Assembly (NCBI GenBank): GCA_035511075.1
Contig: DATKFW010000005.1
Coordinates: forward strand, 86,108-150,107
Origin: Vulcanimicrobiaceae bacterium
GTDB lineage: Bacteria > Verrucomicrobiota > Verrucomicrobiia > Limisphaerales > Palsa-1400
DNA: 64,000 bases
Reading direction: 5' to 3'
A program made the position numbers and the translations under genes. How positions within the stretch are numbered: position 1 is the stretch's first letter; each line of letters opens with the position of its first letter. Positions 18,915 through 27,948 of this stretch are shown piece after piece. The notes below the pieces were generated by a model that searched no databases, was not told the DNA's origin, and saw only the letters and a program-made list of their open reading frames with translations.

Positions 18915-19597
18915 CAGCCGGCGGCCTCCTGGGATTCCTCGCCCGCGACGGAGCGGGCCATCTCGAATTTCAATTCAGCCAGCAACTGGGTCTGGTCTTC
19001 CGTCAGCGCGTCCAGTGTGAACCGGCTTTCCAGAATGAGTCTGGTTTCGGCGCTGGCGATCATGGGCTGCGGCGTCAGCGCCACAAACGCCGTGGCGCTT
19101 TGCCGCGCGATGCGTTGCAATCGATACCAGGTTGCGCCGGAAATTTTTCCCAGTTGCGCCGCGGGATTCATTTTCAAGTCGAGCACGATCAGGGACAAAT
19201 TGCGATCGCGCAGAAGAATGTCGGCGGCTTTGAGCGCTTCCTCTGCGGTCTTGCAACGGACCCAAAACAGACGCGATAAAACTGAGTCTTCCAGCCCGCC
19301 GGGGTCGAAAGAATCACTGCCATCGATCAATCCCATCAACCGCCCCGTGTGGCCGCATTGCCGCAGCAATGCGCGCAAGAGGAGCGCGCCCCCCATTCCG
19401 GAGCCGGGGCTGGCGACCTCGGTAATGGCGCTTCGCCCCAAGCCGCCTTGCAGCAACGAATCCAGGCGCGGCAGTCCGGTGGGCCAAAATGAATGGGTTT
19501 TTGCCGGGGCGCTCCTTGACCATGTGCGGGCATGGGGAAAGCGCTCCGACAAAATCCGCCGCAACTCAATGATTCCACTGGCATCGTCCGAATTCAC
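18914..19597 (-). CDS. imuA: ImuA (RecA/SulA-fold translesion-synthesis accessory protein)
   Basis: 227 aa with GTG start. Motif GLPRLDSLLQGGLGRSAITEVASPGSGMGGALLL is typical of ImuA. It is the first gene of the imuA-imuB-dnaE2 cassette. Confidence 0.75.
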   Translation of the reverse strand: MNSDDASGIIELRRILSERFPHARTWSRSAPAKTHSFWPTGLPRLDSLLQGGLGRSAITEVASPGSGMGGALLLRALLRQCGHTGRLMGLIDGSDSFDPGGLEDSVLSRLFWVRCKTAEEALKAADILLRDRNLSLIVLDLKMNPAAQLGKISGATWYRLQRIARQSATAFVALTPQPMIASAETRLILESRFTLDALTEDQTQLLAELKFEMARSVAGEESQEAAG

Positions 19598-19781
19598 AAG
19601 ATTGTTCCCGCGTTAAAGTATAACTGTTTCCTTTGGCGGAGGAAAACGGATTATCAAATCGGCTCATTATGCAACAGCAGCATGGACAAATACTGTCCAA
19701 GGCAGCGGCATTTTGAAAAAATCGATCGACGCGAATTCGGCGAATTTTTGGCGCGCGGCGATGCCCGGCCTTCAGCCCTCC

Positions 19782-22649
19782 TTATTTTGCGGGCTGCTGG
19801 GGTTTGAGGAGAGCGGCGTGGTTCAGATCGAGTTTATCCACCGGAATCACTTCGGTGTTCGGGAACCGGTTTTTCAATTCCGGCAGGAATTGGCGGCCGT
19901 CGCCGACGATGACGATGCTGGCATCGCCCGCGGCGAGATTCTTGGCGGCGAAACTCTGAATCTCCTGGGCGGTGACCTCTTGAATCTGCGGGAGATAGTC
20001 GTTCAACTCGGAGAGCGGCAGATCGCACGAAGTCAGGGAGGCGACGGCGAAAACCAACCCGGCGCCGGTCTCCAATGCCCGGGCGTAATTGCCCGATAGC
20101 GCCGCCTTGCGCGGGACCAGTTCGGCAGCGGCGACCGGTTCCGTCGCCAGCAGGGTTAATCCAGCCCCCAGCAGTGTTGCCACCTCAGGCGCGGCGTCGT
20201 TGCGGGTCTGAGCGGACGCGGAGAAAAGCCCGCCGTCTTTGCGGGCGCCCAGGCTGCTGCGTGCGCCGTAGGACAAGCCGCGCTTGATACGGATTTCCCG
20301 ATTCAGCCGGGACGAAAATCCCTCGCCTAATATGCCATTGGCCACGCGTCCGATGGCGTAATCCTTGTCGGCGCGGCGAATGGCGGGGCGCACGACAAAC
20401 ACCGCCGCCTGGCCCGCATCGGGCTTGTCCACTACCACCACGCGACCGCCTTTTTGCGGTTCGGCTGGCGCCGGCGGGGGTGGAGCGCCAATATCCAGCG
20501 GTTTCCAGTCGCCGAAATACTGCGCGGCGAACTCGAAGGCGGCCTCCGGCGTGATATCTCCACCGAAGACCAGTGCCGTGTTCGGCGCCTGATAGCGGCT
20601 CTTGTAAAAGACGTTTATTTCCCCGGCGTCCAACGCTCTTATCGTTTCGGGTGTGCCGCCGGGCGAATGACCGTAGCCGCTGTCACCGAAGACGACGCGG
20701 GAGGCAGTTAAACCGGCCAGCGTTCCGGGCGAGCGCAGCGACATCGCCAGCCCGTCCAGATTTTCAGACCGCAGGCGTTCCACTTCCTCCGTCGCGAAGG
20801 CCGGCGAACGCAAGACTTCCGCAAATATTGGCAACGCATCGCCCAGACGCGACGAGAGCGACGACAAACTGACATTGGCGTCGTCCCAATCCGCCCCGGA
20901 AGAAAGGGAACCGCCGAGGGCCTCAACGATTTCGGCGATTTGGGGCGCGCTGTGCGTTTGGGTCCCGCGGGTCAGCAGCGACGCGGTAAAATCCGCCAGG
21001 CCCGCCGCGCCGTTCGGGTCCAACACGCTGCCCGCATTGACCACCGCCGAGACGCTTACCAGTCCCGTTCCGGGGCGCGGTATAACAACCACACGAATCC
21101 CGTTGGGCAATCTCTTTTCCCTCGGCGTCGGGAAGGTGACCGGGCGCGGATTGGCCGGCGCGGGCGGCGTTTCCTGCGGCATGAAGGCCTCGGGCGCCGT
21201 GCGCGGGGGCGCTTTCGCGGCTTTGCTCTGCCCGCCCTGTTCTTCTTTGCCATTCTCGTAGCAGATGACGACGCGGTTTTCCGCCGTGAAATATTTCTGC
21301 GCGACGCGCTGCACGTCGGCGGCGGTTACGGCTTGCAATCGGGCGATGTCGGTATTGACGCGTCCCGGGTCGCCAAAACTGACTGCCGCTTCGCCGAGGG
21401 CGAAGGCCTGGCCCTCGGCGGTCTCACGCTCTTTCAGCTCATCGAATAGCAGCAGGTTCCGGGCTTTATCCAATTCGGGTGCCGTTACGGGTTCGGTCGT
21501 GAGTTTGTCCAGCTCCGCCAGGGCCGCCTTTTCGGCGTCCGCCGCCGATTTTCCGCCCGCCGTGATGATAGTCAGATTGAACAATCCGGCGTCATCGCGC
21601 AAATCGGCCTCGGCCCTGGCGCTGGCCGCGACTTGCTGACGATAAACTAGCGACTGATTCAACCGTGACGATTTGCCCCGTCCCAGAATCACCTCCGCGA
21701 CCCGGAGAGCGTCCGCATCGTCGCTCTTGCGAGGCGGGGTGATGGCGGTGGCGGGCAGCGGCACATTGGGGCCGGTCGTGTTGAAGCGGGCCTCTTTTGT
21801 GCGGGCGGGCTCGGCCACCGTCACGCGAGGGACCTTCATCGCGGGCTTTGAGATGCGTCCAAAATACTTGTCCACCCAGGCGTCCAGTTGCGCCGGGTCG
21901 AAGTCGCCGGAGACGATTAGAGTTGCGTTATCCGGGCGGTAGTACGTTACGTGAAACTTTCGCACATCCGCTAGGGTCGCCGAATCCAGGTCAGAGATGG
22001 AACCGATGACGCCACGTTTGTAGGGATGCGTCGTAAACGAATCCTGATCGACGTATAGCCCCAGGCGGCCGTACGGCCTGGAAAGAACGCTCTGGCGGTA
22101 CTCCTCCTCGACGACCGCCCGTTCCGAGATAAAGTTCGCGTCGTTGACGCTCAGGTTCGCCATGCGGTCGGCCTCGGCCCACAGCAGCGTCTCCAAATAG
22201 TTGGACGGAACCGTCTCGTGATAGACCGTCGCATCCTCCTCCGTAAAGGCGTTGTTGGCTCCGCCCACGTCCTCCGTCAGCCGGTCGAAATTTTCGTTTC
22301 TTTGGTTCGTCGTGGATTTGAACATCATATGTTCAAAGAGGTGCGCGAACCCGGACCGGCCCGCGGGATCATCCTTGCCCCCAACGTGATACCATACCTG
22401 AATCGCCACTGTCGGACCTTGATGGTTCTCGATGGAAAGAACCGTCAACCCATTGGCCAGCGTACGCTCCCGGTATTTCAGCGGCGCGATTTCCAACGGC
22501 GACGACCCGGGCGCCGTTTGCGCTCGTGCCGAATGGAGGACGCCCAAAACCGCGCTGGTCAAAACCACGCGAATTAGCAAACGGGACAAAATTGTTTTTT
22601 TCACACGTTTCGGCGCTTCCCTCGCGTCGTCCTTTGCGGGACGGCGCAA
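19782..22649 (-). CDS. Secreted M16 (pitrilysin/insulinase) zinc peptidase, fused active + inactive halves
   Basis: 955 aa with a signal peptide. A single inverted zinc motif HxxEH (FAHLFEHMMF) lies in the first half. The second half is M16-like and lacks the motif. Confidence 0.9.
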   Translation of the reverse strand: MRRPAKDDAREAPKRVKKTILSRLLIRVVLTSAVLGVLHSARAQTAPGSSPLEIAPLKYRERTLANGLTVLSIENHQGPTVAIQVWYHVGGKDDPAGRSGFAHLFEHMMFKSTTNQRNENFDRLTEDVGGANNAFTEEDATVYHETVPSNYLETLLWAEADRMANLSVNDANFISERAVVEEEYRQSVLSRPYGRLGLYVDQDSFTTHPYKRGVIGSISDLDSATLADVRKFHVTYYRPDNATLIVSGDFDPAQLDAWVDKYFGRISKPAMKVPRVTVAEPARTKEARFNTTGPNVPLPATAITPPRKSDDADALRVAEVILGRGKSSRLNQSLVYRQQVAASARAEADLRDDAGLFNLTIITAGGKSAADAEKAALAELDKLTTEPVTAPELDKARNLLLFDELKERETAEGQAFALGEAAVSFGDPGRVNTDIARLQAVTAADVQRVAQKYFTAENRVVICYENGKEEQGGQSKAAKAPPRTAPEAFMPQETPPAPANPRPVTFPTPREKRLPNGIRVVVIPRPGTGLVSVSAVVNAGSVLDPNGAAGLADFTASLLTRGTQTHSAPQIAEIVEALGGSLSSGADWDDANVSLSSLSSRLGDALPIFAEVLRSPAFATEEVERLRSENLDGLAMSLRSPGTLAGLTASRVVFGDSGYGHSPGGTPETIRALDAGEINVFYKSRYQAPNTALVFGGDITPEAAFEFAAQYFGDWKPLDIGAPPPPAPAEPQKGGRVVVVDKPDAGQAAVFVVRPAIRRADKDYAIGRVANGILGEGFSSRLNREIRIKRGLSYGARSSLGARKDGGLFSASAQTRNDAAPEVATLLGAGLTLLATEPVAAAELVPRKAALSGNYARALETGAGLVFAVASLTSCDLPLSELNDYLPQIQEVTAQEIQSFAAKNLAAGDASIVIVGDGRQFLPELKNRFPNTEVIPVDKLDLNHAALLKPQQPAK

Positions 22650-22741
22650 TTCTTGCTCCGATCACCCCGGTTTGTCCAGTTCAATTCCGATGACCGGCAA
22701 TAAACGATCCGGCGGAGTCAACTTTAATGCCGGGAATAATT

Positions 22742-22756
22742 CCCGAATTCCGTCGG
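22742..22756. other. 15-nt perfect palindrome CGGGAAT-A-ATTCCCG in the 545-bp non-coding gap
   Basis: 7-bp arms around a single central A. A second overlapping inverted repeat is CCCGA(22753-57)/TCGGG(22764-68). The site lies ~95 nt upstream of the M16 peptidase ORF start on the opposite strand. Confidence 0.45.
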
Positions 22757-23194
22757 GACCCATCAGAACCGGGCGGCTGCTGATTCGGCGCCAAAATGGG
22801 TGACTCTTTGTCTCGTTGTGCCCAATAACGGGATCGACCCGATGCTCAATCGTGCCGAGCACCCTCGGTGTCGAGAACAATGATAGTGATGGCGTGGAAC
22901 TTGCTATTCTCACAAGCGTCACGTATGCCCAATACACCCTTATGCAACCGTGGGAGATGCAGAAAAGACGGATTTTTTCCAGGAGGCCTGGGTTTTGTGC
23001 CTGGCGATGCGAAAAAGTTCAGTTCGCAATCGCGTTCGCAACGTCTGTGCCAGAAGGTTGCGGCGGTTGTCCTTTCTGCCCTTAGGGGTTCTGGATTTTT
23101 TCGTTCCAAAACCGCCGGGAAAATCTTCCCGCCCGGGCTGGCGTTCGCTCCCCCCGGTTTATTTAAGCCAGGACCGCGCGGTTCACGCGCCGGA

Positions 23195-23704
23195 ATGCGA
23201 AATACAAGAGGAGTTGGCGGCTTCACACTCATCGAAGCGGTAATGTCCGTGGGGCTGCTGGGGATTTTCGTTGCTGCCAGCACGACGGCAATCGTGACTG
23301 ACCAGGTCTGCAGCAGAAAGGCAAAGGAACAGGCGATAGCAATGGATTTCCTGACGAAATACGTCGAGAATATCAAGGCGTTGCCTTTCACGTCAGTGGC
23401 CCCGGGATTGCCGATTAACTCCATTTATAATGGAACGGATGGCGCGATTTTGATAACGATTCCGACTAGTAATTCCTGGGTTTCCCTCAGCACGCCCAAC
23501 TTTCAAACCTTCTATCCAGATCTGCTCTGGCTCTCAAATCGCAATCCGGAGATGCAGGTGATCCTGACGCAAAACAGTGTTGCCGGGACGTTGCACGACA
23601 TAGAGCTCAACGTCAAAGTGGCTTGGAACGCTCCCCTGGCCAAAGGCGGCCAGCAGGAAGTTCAGGTTGATTTCTTGCGGACCGTAGATGTGCCGACCCT
23701 ATGA
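23195..23704 (+). CDS. Prepilin-type N-terminal cleavage/methylation protein (minor pilin / GspI- or PilV-like)
   Basis: Internal ATG at 23195 gives MRNTRGVGG|FTLIEAVMSVGLLGIFVAAS, i.e. a G(-1)-F1-...-E5 class III signal. 169 aa. The longer ORF-track start at 22868 adds a non-pilin-like leader. Confidence 0.8.
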   Translation: MRNTRGVGGFTLIEAVMSVGLLGIFVAASTTAIVTDQVCSRKAKEQAIAMDFLTKYVENIKALPFTSVAPGLPINSIYNGTDGAILITIPTSNSWVSLSTPNFQTFYPDLLWLSNRNPEMQVILTQNSVAGTLHDIELNVKVAWNAPLAKGGQQEVQVDFLRTVDVPTL

Positions 23705-24315
23705 AAATAGCATCCACCAATGTTGCCCCTAGGGTCTGCCGGCGAGCCTTCACCCTGGTGGAACTGCTGGTGGCCACTGCTGTGGGCTGTCTGCTGGCTG
23801 GAGCCGTGCTTTTCTTGCTGTGCCAAACTGCAACCGAGCAAGTGTATGGATTCTCGGACATGACGGTCGAAGAAAAGGCTTACATTTTGCAGGCCAACAT
23901 TACCACCTGCCTGCGCTGCATGAGTGCCACCCAGGGGATTACGCCCAACTATTCGACCGCCTTGTACGACACCAATGGAAATTTCTTGGGATACCAATCG
24001 ATCATCGTATTTTACCCCAGCAATGGCGTCTACATTGCCGGGAACATCAGTTATAATTCCTCTACCGGAGAAATGGTCTATACCACCAATATTTTGACTC
24101 CTTTGATACAGACGGTGTGGATGAGCAATAGCGCGAACGCGTCGTTGACCAAGTGTTGGTTCTCTCCTTCGTTCAACCTGGATGGCTCTCAGAATAATTC
24201 ACTTGTGAATGTGTGCTTGCAAATGGATGACAATGGCTATTCACAGCAGACCCCGAATAATAACCCGGCCAGCGTCTATCGCAATTTCTCGGTTCAGATG
24301 CGAAACGACAATTAA
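23701..24315 (+). CDS. Prepilin-type N-terminal methylation-motif protein (PilW/GspJ-like minor pilin)
   Basis: 204 aa. ATGA overlap with the previous gene. N-terminus ...RVCRRA|FTLVELLVATAVGCLLAGAV has F1 and E5 but Ala rather than Gly at -1. Confidence 0.78.
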   Translation: MKIASTNVAPRVCRRAFTLVELLVATAVGCLLAGAVLFLLCQTATEQVYGFSDMTVEEKAYILQANITTCLRCMSATQGITPNYSTALYDTNGNFLGYQSIIVFYPSNGVYIAGNISYNSSTGEMVYTTNILTPLIQTVWMSNSANASLTKCWFSPSFNLDGSQNNSLVNVCLQMDDNGYSQQTPNNNPASVYRNFSVQMRNDN

Positions 24316-24328
24316 ATTCTAACACACC

Positions 24329-26029
24329 ATGCGTATTCCATCCACAAACCGTCGGTCCGAGCAAGGCTCCACACTGCTTACCGTCGTTATTGTCGGTGCA
24401 ATCATGTGCGTTAGCGCCGGTTCGATGCTGGTGCTGAGTAGCAATTCCGTTAATAACGCTTACGGGCGCGTGGATTGGAACAAGGCATTCTTCATCTCTG
24501 AAAATGCCGCGGTCTGGGCCGCCCAATCGGCCTTCGATACAACGCCGGCCGCCGGTTCAAGCAACTATTACTCGACGGTTCGCGGAACCCTGCCGCTGGG
24601 CGAGCTTATTTCGCCCACCAATGGAGACCCCAGCTTCGTTGGCGCGACGGTGCAAGTTATCCAGCCGACCAATTTGCCGGCCAATGTCTTTATCATCACC
24701 TCCTCGGCCCAGGTCAATTCCAAAATTCGCACCATTCAGTCCGAGGTCACCCTCCGGCCCGTCAGCACAGTTTTCGACTACGAATACTTTCTGAACAACT
24801 GGGGCTGGTGGTGGGGTAATACGATCACGGGTGATGGCGCGCAACGCGCCAATTGGGATTTTGATTTCAGGGACGGCCCCACCGTTAATGGCTCCATTTA
24901 TGCCGCCGATCAAGTTGACGAAAATGAAGTGCCAGTCCAAAACTACGCGGTGGCGCCCTTTGGCGGCCTGGCCGGATCGGACCCCACCAATCTCGTTCAC
25001 CAGGGGACGCCACGAGTGACCATGCCGAACCTGCTGAATTTTAGCAACTACATCGCCACTGCTATGACCAATACAAGCGACAACGGCCTTTGGATTGGTA
25101 GCAATCAGCTTGTTGCTGGCGTGTTGACGAACATAAGCACTCCCAGTCCGGGTGGCAACGCCGGCAACATGACCCCCCAATCCGGGCTGTATGTAGTGGG
25201 CACTCCCGGCCAGCCGATTACGATCAAGGGCACCGTGGTAATACCAGGTGACCTTGTCATCCAGGGAACAGTCACGGGACAAGGCACCCTGTATGTGGGG
25301 GGGAACCTCTACATTGCCGGTAACATCACTTACGCCCATGGGCCAAACTTCAGCGAGCCGCCGGAAACCCAACCTCCTGCCGCCCGCGACGCATGGGTGG
25401 CAGCGAACATGACCAACGATTTGGTCGCTTATGCCGTCAGAGGCTCCATTTTAGCGGGCGACGTAACTGACCCCGATTGGATCAATTATTGTTTCGATTA
25501 TCCAGGCTCCGGGCTTCAATATGTGGGCGATGAATCGCATCTTGGCGCGGACGGCATTGCCAACACGCCGGACGACAACATCCCTTTCCTTCATGCCAAC
25601 GGCATGATGAGCACCTGGTACGATGCCGACGGAGATGGCATCATGGAGGGCAACTACAATTATAACACGGACATTAACATGACCAGCACACGGGCTTCAT
25701 ACATCAACGGCTATCCCACTGCCAATGGCAGTCCGGTTCCCTATAACCAGGTCGCCAGCGACAACATGGGCACGCTGCAGGGAATATTCTATACGGATCA
25801 CGCCGCTGCCATGCGGATGGACCAAAGCAGCGCCGTTTTCAACGGAGTCATTGTTTCCCGCAATGAACAGATCGTATTTCAGAACTATCTCACTTTGGTA
25901 TATGATTCCCGTGTCAATAGCCGCTATCACAACAATCCGAATGATTTCATCAACCTGGGCTTGCCTTGGGGCAAGCCGCTCCAGGTCAATACCTTTGCGG
26001 AATTGCCTCCAATTGGAACGGGCCTGTGA
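24329..26029 (+). CDS. Large PilX/GspK-like minor pilin (PilX_N-type N-terminus, beta-helix-like and DxDxDG-containing C-region)
   Basis: 566 aa. The N-terminus EQGSTLLTVVIVGAIMCVSAGSMLVLSSNS..AFFISENAAVWA matches the PilX N-terminal pattern and has no Glu5. Repetitive G-T-V/G-N-L strands occur (GTVVIPGDLVIQGTVTGQGTLYVGGNLYIAGNITY). A Ca-binding-like motif YDADGDGIMEG is present. Confidence 0.62.
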   Translation: MRIPSTNRRSEQGSTLLTVVIVGAIMCVSAGSMLVLSSNSVNNAYGRVDWNKAFFISENAAVWAAQSAFDTTPAAGSSNYYSTVRGTLPLGELISPTNGDPSFVGATVQVIQPTNLPANVFIITSSAQVNSKIRTIQSEVTLRPVSTVFDYEYFLNNWGWWWGNTITGDGAQRANWDFDFRDGPTVNGSIYAADQVDENEVPVQNYAVAPFGGLAGSDPTNLVHQGTPRVTMPNLLNFSNYIATAMTNTSDNGLWIGSNQLVAGVLTNISTPSPGGNAGNMTPQSGLYVVGTPGQPITIKGTVVIPGDLVIQGTVTGQGTLYVGGNLYIAGNITYAHGPNFSEPPETQPPAARDAWVAANMTNDLVAYAVRGSILAGDVTDPDWINYCFDYPGSGLQYVGDESHLGADGIANTPDDNIPFLHANGMMSTWYDADGDGIMEGNYNYNTDINMTSTRASYINGYPTANGSPVPYNQVASDNMGTLQGIFYTDHAAAMRMDQSSAVFNGVIVSRNEQIVFQNYLTLVYDSRVNSRYHNNPNDFINLGLPWGKPLQVNTFAELPPIGTGL

Positions 26030-26046
26030 CCCGCTCTTCCCCCGTC

Positions 26047-26484
26047 ATGTGCCATCGCTTTTTCCGACACAGCTTGATAGGGACTGCTGCCGTGCTCATT
26101 GCCGTGACCACGCCAATTTGCGCCAGCGCGGCAGTCTCGCAAGGGCCAGTCATCACCAATGCGGTTGCCGCGGAACTTCACCGCGATGCCCTGTTCTACG
26201 CGGCGGAACAGTCCTTTCAAGATAAATTGAGGGTCGGGCAAGAGCGATATAATCAGAAGCAAATTTACCGTGGCAAAGTCATCGCGGCCATGGCGGCGGA
26301 ACTTCAGGCCAGACAACTGACCGTCGCGATTCACCAGGAGGCGGATCCCGAAAACATTACAGACCAACCGATCTCCGATAATGGCCCGTGGCTGGTTTTA
26401 GGGGCGTTGACAGTTGGAATTCTCGGCTTTGCTGCTTACATGACCCGGCTCAAACCGACATTGCGCGTGCCACGCCCGCGGTGA
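26047..26484 (+). CDS. Hypothetical exported protein with C-terminal TM anchor and basic tail
   Basis: Internal ATG at 26047, 145 aa. Signal-like N-terminus (LIGTAAVLIAVTTPICASAAV). The C-terminus is GPWLVLGALTVGILGFAAYM followed by TRLKPTLRVPRPR. It is the last gene of the pilin cassette. Confidence 0.5.
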   Translation: MCHRFFRHSLIGTAAVLIAVTTPICASAAVSQGPVITNAVAAELHRDALFYAAEQSFQDKLRVGQERYNQKQIYRGKVIAAMAAELQARQLTVAIHQEADPENITDQPISDNGPWLVLGALTVGILGFAAYMTRLKPTLRVPRPR

Positions 26485-26646
26485 GTAATTTTCGGTGTCT
26501 CCCGTTTCCGTTGTTTTCGGATACCAAGGTTCCCTCGTGGCCAGGGCACGACACCCATGTTCAATCGGTTGCTCTGGGATGAGAAGGCGCCTTCGACCCG
26601 ACCGGGTAACATTGACAGGCGCGGCACTTTGCGGAAGGATGGGCTT

Positions 26647-27069
26647 ATGGCAGAAATTATTTACCCGCGAAGCCCCCGCGAAATGATGTCGGGCTGGGTC
26701 TATTTGCCCCGGCTCGTCGACAAAATCCGCCTCCACCTGGCGGGCAAATTGCACCCCGACTACCAGGAGAATTTCACCAAATGGTTTGACGGCGCGTGGC
26801 TCAAGGCGGCCGGCCTTTCGGCTGACGCGTTTATAGAGGTCGTCAAGAACTCAATCACCGATGGCCAGGTGGCGGATTGGGTGGCCAGGAATGTGAAGAA
26901 AACTGAAGCGGAAAAAGCCGCGTTTAACAGCTTCATCCTCAATCGCGGCCAGGATGACGATGCCATGAAAGCGCGGCTGAAGGCGCGCAAGGAAGCGGCC
27001 GGGCTGGCTGACCGCGATGACATTAAAACTTCCGTCGATTTCATCGACGCGGATGAGAAACGCATCTGA
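26647..27069 (+). CDS. Conserved hypothetical protein (DUF5069-like, from memory)
   Basis: ATG at 26647 is preceded by GGAAGGA. 140 aa: MAEIIYPRSPREMMSGWVYLPRLVDKIRLHLAGKL... No catalytic motif recognised. Confidence 0.5.
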   Translation: MAEIIYPRSPREMMSGWVYLPRLVDKIRLHLAGKLHPDYQENFTKWFDGAWLKAAGLSADAFIEVVKNSITDGQVADWVARNVKKTEAEKAAFNSFILNRGQDDDAMKARLKARKEAAGLADRDDIKTSVDFIDADEKRI

Positions 27070-27072
27070 TCC

Positions 27073-27945
27073 TTGGCTCTGAAAATCATCACCGACCCGC
27101 GTTGCACAGAGTATGCCGCGCCTGGGCATCCGGAAAGGCCGGAGCGCGTCAGCCGCACCGTGGAATTGCTGAAAACCCAGGACCGCATCGCGTTGTCGTG
27201 GAGTGGACCGGCGGAGGCGGGCGAGGCTTCCCTTCTGCGCGCCCATACCCGGGAGCATTTGGAACAACTACATTCGCCCGACGATTTTGACGCAGATACG
27301 CCGGCGCATACGGGGATTGCCGCTCACGCGCGGCGATCGGCCGGCGGCGCTTTGGCGGCTTTGGCGGCGGCGCGCGCAGGGGGGGCGGCATTGAGTCTTT
27401 TGCGGCCCCCAGGACATCACGCCACCAGGAACCGCGCAATGGGCTTTTGCTATCTCAATTCCGTAGCAATCGCGGCGCTGGAAGCGCAGGCGGCGGGATT
27501 CAAGCGCGTGGCGGTTTACGATTTCGACGTGCATCACGGCAACGGCACGGAAGATATTCTCGTGGATCGGGACGGGTTGGCGTTTATTTCAATCCATCAA
27601 TATCCCGCCTACCCCGGAACGGGCCGGCATGACAGGGGAGCCAATTGTTTCAATTTTCCCGTCGCTCCCGCAACGCCACGGAAGGAATACCGCGCCGTTT
27701 TGCATCGGGCGTTCGATGCGTTAAGGGACTTCCGGCCCGATGTGCTCGCGGTGTCGGCGGGCTTCGATGCTTACCGCGGCGATCCGCTGGCCCAGGAGAC
27801 CTTGGAGGCGGAAGACTACCAATGGCTGGGAGAGACGATACGGGGCTTGGGGATCCCGGCTTTCAGCGTTCTGGAAGGCGGCTACAGCGACCAATTGCCG
27901 GAGTTGATCCTGGCATACTTGACTGGCCTGGCCGGGGCGCATTGA
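27073..27945 (+). CDS. Histone deacetylase-family (AcuC/acetylpolyamine amidohydrolase-like) zinc hydrolase
   Basis: 290 aa with TTG start. Motifs: LRPPGHHA, VYDFDVHHGNGT, SAGFDAYRGDPL, EGGY. Confidence 0.87.
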   Translation: MALKIITDPRCTEYAAPGHPERPERVSRTVELLKTQDRIALSWSGPAEAGEASLLRAHTREHLEQLHSPDDFDADTPAHTGIAAHARRSAGGALAALAAARAGGAALSLLRPPGHHATRNRAMGFCYLNSVAIAALEAQAAGFKRVAVYDFDVHHGNGTEDILVDRDGLAFISIHQYPAYPGTGRHDRGANCFNFPVAPATPRKEYRAVLHRAFDALRDFRPDVLAVSAGFDAYRGDPLAQETLEAEDYQWLGETIRGLGIPAFSVLEGGYSDQLPELILAYLTGLAGAH

Positions 27946-27948
27946 AAT

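Noticed and set aside
19603-19616. Possible LexA box TGTTCccgcGTTAA upstream of imuA
   Set aside because: Only the left half matches the TGTTC-N4-GAACA palindrome I recall for Verrucomicrobia; the right arm matches 2 of 5 positions. It is kept only as a question in the findings, not as a feature.
22662-23424. ORFs 22662..22937(-), 22816..23085(+) and 22846..23424(-) in the M16/pilin gap
   Set aside because: They have no motifs and overlap one another. The last one runs antisense into the pilin gene start. The region is treated as non-coding.
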